Part shown: in pieces, positions 60,884 to 64,000 of the stretch | How the letters are laid out: each line of letters starts with the position of its first letter | Numbering within the stretch: the stretch's first letter is position 1 | Assembly: GCA_963705505.1 (NCBI GenBank) | Contig: CAVPJU010000001.1 | Coordinates: forward strand, 1 to 64,000 | Length of the DNA: 64,000 nt | From: an uncultured bacterium | GTDB lineage: Bacteria > Desulfobacterota_D > UBA1144 > Nemesobacterales > UBA2774 | Direction of reading: 5' to 3' | Position numbers and translations under genes: made by a program | The notes under the pieces: generated by a model | Told to the model about the DNA's origin: nothing | Database searches by the model: none | Seen by the model: the letters and a program-made list of their open reading frames with translations, nothing else

Positions 60884-62359
60884 TTACTCGATTCTGTAAT
60901 TAGGGGCCTCTTTCGTAATGATTACGTCGTGGACATGACCTTCTCTGAGCCCCGCGTTCGTGACTTTAATAAACTTCCCGTTGCTCCTGAGTTCCTCTAT
61001 CGTGCCGCATCCCGTGTAGCCCATCCCTGCCCTCAGCCCTCCGATGAGCTGGTATACGGTGCCGCCTATGGGGCCTCTGTAGGGTATCCTCCCCTCTATT
61101 CCCTCCGGCACAAGTTTCGATTCTATCATGTCGTCCCCGAGGTTCTGCGCGTACCTGTCCTTGCTCCCCTTCCTCATCGCTTCGATAGAGCCCATTCCCC
61201 TGTAGACCTTGTACGTTCTCCCCTGAAAGAGTATGACCTCGCCGGGCGCCTCGTCCGTCCCCGCGAAAAGGTTTCCGATCATTACCGAATGCGCCCCCGC
61301 GGCGATCGCCTTTACGACGTCTCCCGAGTATTTAATGCCGCCGTCCGCTATTACCGGGATACCATGGAGCCCGGCGATCCTCGTAACGTCCTGGATCGCA
61401 GAGACCTGAGGTACTCCTATGCCGGCTATCACGCGGGTAGTACATATCGAGCCCGGCCCGACGCCCACCTTGACGCCGTCGGCACCGGCTTTTATCACCG
61501 CATCCGCGCCCTCTCCCGTGCCGATGTTCCCAGCGATCAGCTCGATGCCGGGGAAATTGGACCTCGTCGATTGTACCGCGTCTATGACCCTCTTCGAGTG
61601 TCCGTGAGCGGTGTCGATTATGATTACGTCGCATCCGACTTCGAGGAGCGCTTCTATCCTTTCTTCCCTGTCGGGACCTACGCCCACCGCCGCCCCGCAT
61701 CTCAGCCTTCCCAGGCGGTCTTTGGACGCCGTGGGGTATTTCTCTATTTTTTCTATATCCTTCATCGTTATAAGCCCGCGGAGTCTGAATTCCTTATCGA
61801 CTACCGGGAGCTTCTCTATCTTGTATTTATGGAGGAGTTCCTTGGCTTCTTCGAGCGTGGTTCCTTCGCCCACGGTTATGAGTCTCTTCTTCGGAGTCAT
61901 GACCTGCTCGACCTTGTAAGACAGGTTCTTCTCGAACCGGAGGTCCCTGAAGGTGATTATTCCGAGGAGCGTGTCGTCTTCCTTCGTGACGGGAAGGCCC
62001 GTGATGTTCTGTTTGAGCATGATTTCGAGAGCGTCACTGACCTTGTGCTTGGGTTTTACTGTCAGCGGGTTTACTATCATTCCGCTCTCGTACTTTTTTA
62101 CTTTTTTTACTTCCGCTGTCTGTTCCTGGATATCCAGATTCCTGTGGATGATTCCGATTCCGCCTTCCTGAGCCATGGCTATGGCGGTGCTCGACTCCGT
62201 GACGGTATCCATGGCCGCGCTTATCAGCGGTATGTTCAGCTTTATATTCCGGGTGAGCTGAGTCGATACCTCCGCTTCGTTGGGGAGGATTTCGGAATAG
62301 GCGGGCACCAGAAGAACGTCATCGAAAGTTAGACATTCTTCCACATTTTCAACACGCAT
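60884..62359 (-). CDS. guaB: IMP dehydrogenase
   Basis: [13 protein letters not shown] pair, [22 protein letters not shown]. Confidence 0.98.
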   Translation of the reverse strand: MRVENVEECLTFDDVLLVPAYSEILPNEAEVSTQLTRNIKLNIPLISAAMDTVTESSTAIAMAQEGGIGIIHRNLDIQEQTAEVKKVKKYESGMIVNPLTVKPKHKVSDALEIMLKQNITGLPVTKEDDTLLGIITFRDLRFEKNLSYKVEQVMTPKKRLITVGEGTTLEEAKELLHKYKIEKLPVVDKEFRLRGLITMKDIEKIEKYPTASKDRLGRLRCGAAVGVGPDREERIEALLEVGCDVIIIDTAHGHSKRVIDAVQSTRSNFPGIELIAGNIGTGEGADAVIKAGADGVKVGVGPGSICTTRVIAGIGVPQVSAIQDVTRIAGLHGIPVIADGGIKYSGDVVKAIAAGAHSVMIGNLFAGTDEAPGEVILFQGRTYKVYRGMGSIEAMRKGSKDRYAQNLGDDMIESKLVPEGIEGRIPYRGPIGGTVYQLIGGLRAGMGYTGCGTIEELRSNGKFIKVTNAGLREGHVHDVIITKEAPNYRIE

Positions 62360-62373
62360 AAAAATTTCCTTTT

Positions 62374-62751
62374 CTACCTCTTGGATGTCGTTCTTCTTGA
62401 AGCGGTTTTTACCGGAGCTTTCTTTCTTTTACTCGCCGCGCTCGGGGCCGGAGCTTTCTTCTCTTCCGCGATCGATATGAGTCTTGCCGGGGTTTTGACG
62501 ATTTCGATTATCTTCTTCCTCATTTCCGGCAGGGTTACGCCGAGCTCTATCTCTATTTCCTGTTCTTTTTCCCCCAGGTTAATGAATACGGGCAGTACCC
62601 CGACGTACGTTTTGGCATCGACCCGCTCGAACCCCAGAGCTTTAAGCAGTTTTTTCGGAAGAGCGGGAAACTCGAGAGTTGCGATTTCCGCTGTTTCCTG
62701 GGGCAACAGGCCGTCCTGGCTTACACTTATCTTAAGTCGGGTGGATTTCAT
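62374..62751 (-). CDS. Hypothetical protein with basic C-terminal tail
   Basis: GAGG RBS, co-oriented directly upstream of guaB. Confidence 0.6.
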   Translation of the reverse strand: MKSTRLKISVSQDGLLPQETAEIATLEFPALPKKLLKALGFERVDAKTYVGVLPVFINLGEKEQEIEIELGVTLPEMRKKIIEIVKTPARLISIAEEKKAPAPSAASKRKKAPVKTASRRTTSKR

Positions 62752-62975
62752 ATATTCCCTCGCCTCGTAAAGATGATAAACATCCCTTATATATTTGGTA
62801 AAAAGTTAACTATGCGCTCCAAATGAACTTCTGTTTTTTCCCGAAATCAGATCGAAAGGTAAAACTCCATACCTGCTATTAAGCTGAATATTTTACTTGA
62901 TTTTATGGAATTTAGCAAGCTTAAACTCGATTGAGCCCTGAGGTGAATTTTTATAAAAACCCCCTGTATCCGGTT

Positions 62976-64000
62976 TCAGGGCGATTCTTCGTAATCCACG
63001 ACCTCGAGGTTGTATTTCAGCCCGAGCATTCTGCCAGCCGCCGGGAAAACGGCATAGAAGGGTATGGACTCGCCCGGCTGGATGTTGGAATTGAGCCCCG
63101 CAAGCTTTTCCGGGTTGTAAAAGTCGATGTTCCCCGACTTCTTTTTCAGCTTCAGGAGCGTGTCGCTGAGGGGGGACGCCTTAAGCTCGTTTTCGGTGAA
63201 TGTGTTGCCGGCATACACTTCGTCATCATAGACGGTCTGCCCTTCCGATATGAACTCGCTCTTTATCTTTATGTAGCTGACCGGGCGGCCGGATTCATTT
63301 GTAACGGTGCCCGATATGACGTACATGGGCCCGTTTCTCGTGTCGAGCCACTTGCCGCGGTGCTCCGTTATGATAACGTCCTTCTTTAAAGGCTCGGTGA
63401 TGCTGGCCGGGATCACCGATTCCACGGCCCTTTCTATCTTCTGGGCGCTTTCCTTCGGTATAATGCCGGTGTTCGACAGAATGATATAAGAAGCCGCTAC
63501 GATTACTGCGAAGACGGTTAGCGTCAGAGCGCCGTATGCGGCCCTCGAAAATATTCCGCCCTTTGATTTCTGTCTTGTCGGATGGATTCTGAATGAGTCG
63601 TAACGGGGAGGCCTCTGGCTTCCGCCCGTGTTTTTCACCGCGTGAGGATTTGTGATAAGTACATCCATGTCCACACTCAGTCTCTCAGGTGTATCTCTCG
63701 TGTACGCCGGTTCCTTCGCCCGGGCTTCCTGATACGGATTACGAGCTTCGGCCCGTTCAGGGATACTCTCATTTTTGATTATGCTGAGTTCGTCTGACTC
63801 CAGGCCTTCGTCCTCGAACATCTTGGGAATCCTGTGTGGGTCCTCAGCCGGCTCGTCGTTTATTCTGAGGCTATCCCAGCTGAAGTCCGATTCCTGTTTT
63901 CTCAGGTCCCGGTTGTGCTTTATCTTCAAGTCGTCGATACCTTGTTCTGTCTTGCTTATGCTTACGAAATCCTCCCAGTTCCCTTCATCCCCGGTCAGCT
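62976..64000 (-). CDS. DUF3426-like membrane-anchored protein, 5'-partial
   Basis: Acidic linker, single TM, YVISGTVTN..YIKI..IQPGESIPF; frame stays open to window edge. Confidence 0.65.
   Translation of the reverse strand, partial: LTGDEGNWEDFVSISKTEQGIDDLKIKHNRDLRKQESDFSWDSLRINDEPAEDPHRIPKMFEDEGLESDELSIIKNESIPERAEARNPYQEARAKEPAYTRDTPERLSVDMDVLITNPHAVKNTGGSQRPPRYDSFRIHPTRQKSKGGIFSRAAYGALTLTVFAVIVAASYIILSNTGIIPKESAQKIERAVESVIPASITEPLKKDVIITEHRGKWLDTRNGPMYVISGTVTNESGRPVSYIKIKSEFISEGQTVYDDEVYAGNTFTENELKASPLSDTLLKLKKKSGNIDFYNPEKLAGLNSNIQPGESIPFYAVFPAAGRMLGLKYNLEVVDYEESP

Noticed and set aside
60821..62332. 503-aa ORF antisense to guaB, and similar long antisense ORFs across the window
   Set aside because: Shadow frames of well-conserved genes, with no motifs of their own

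Overview
The window appears to join DNA from two different sources at about 10490/10491. Bases 1-10490 are very GC-rich (line 10321-10380 is 42/60 G+C), betaproteobacterial-like and contain many frameshifts. They hold an IS5-family element, a broken GNAT gene, a ClsC-like phospholipase D, a peroxiredoxin, a cupin, a flavoprotein disulfide reductase, DUF302, YeeE/YedE, a patatin, bdhA and a 3'-truncated NDH-2-like gene. Bases 10491-64000 are near 50% GC (line 10621-10680 is 29/60) with frequent ATA/AGG codons. They are housekeeping DNA from a deltaproteobacteria-like organism (possibly Ca. Dadabacteria; inference only) with scattered operons: 5'-truncated hppA, pheS, dcd, gyrB, nuoG-nuoH, tamB, two rlpA, dapF, cofC, mqnA/mqnD, dgt, hisA/hisF, meaB, pcm, rng, mce, coaX, an LLM oxidoreductase, an alternative sigma-70, galE-like and guaB/guaA. 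No tRNA, rRNA, CRISPR array or prophage was seen. The most notable observations are: (1) intergenic mosaic arrays of several unrelated, co-oriented palindromic mini-elements, two carrying nested 30-bp inserts; (2) a DapF with both catalytic cysteines replaced by serine; (3) a sigma-54 promoter plus enhancer-like palindrome in front of a divergent sigma-70 gene; (4) a GGCT plus amidohydrolase-like fusion; (5) cofC flanked by lactate/lactaldehyde-type dehydrogenases. All family calls come from motif recognition by eye; no database searches were run.
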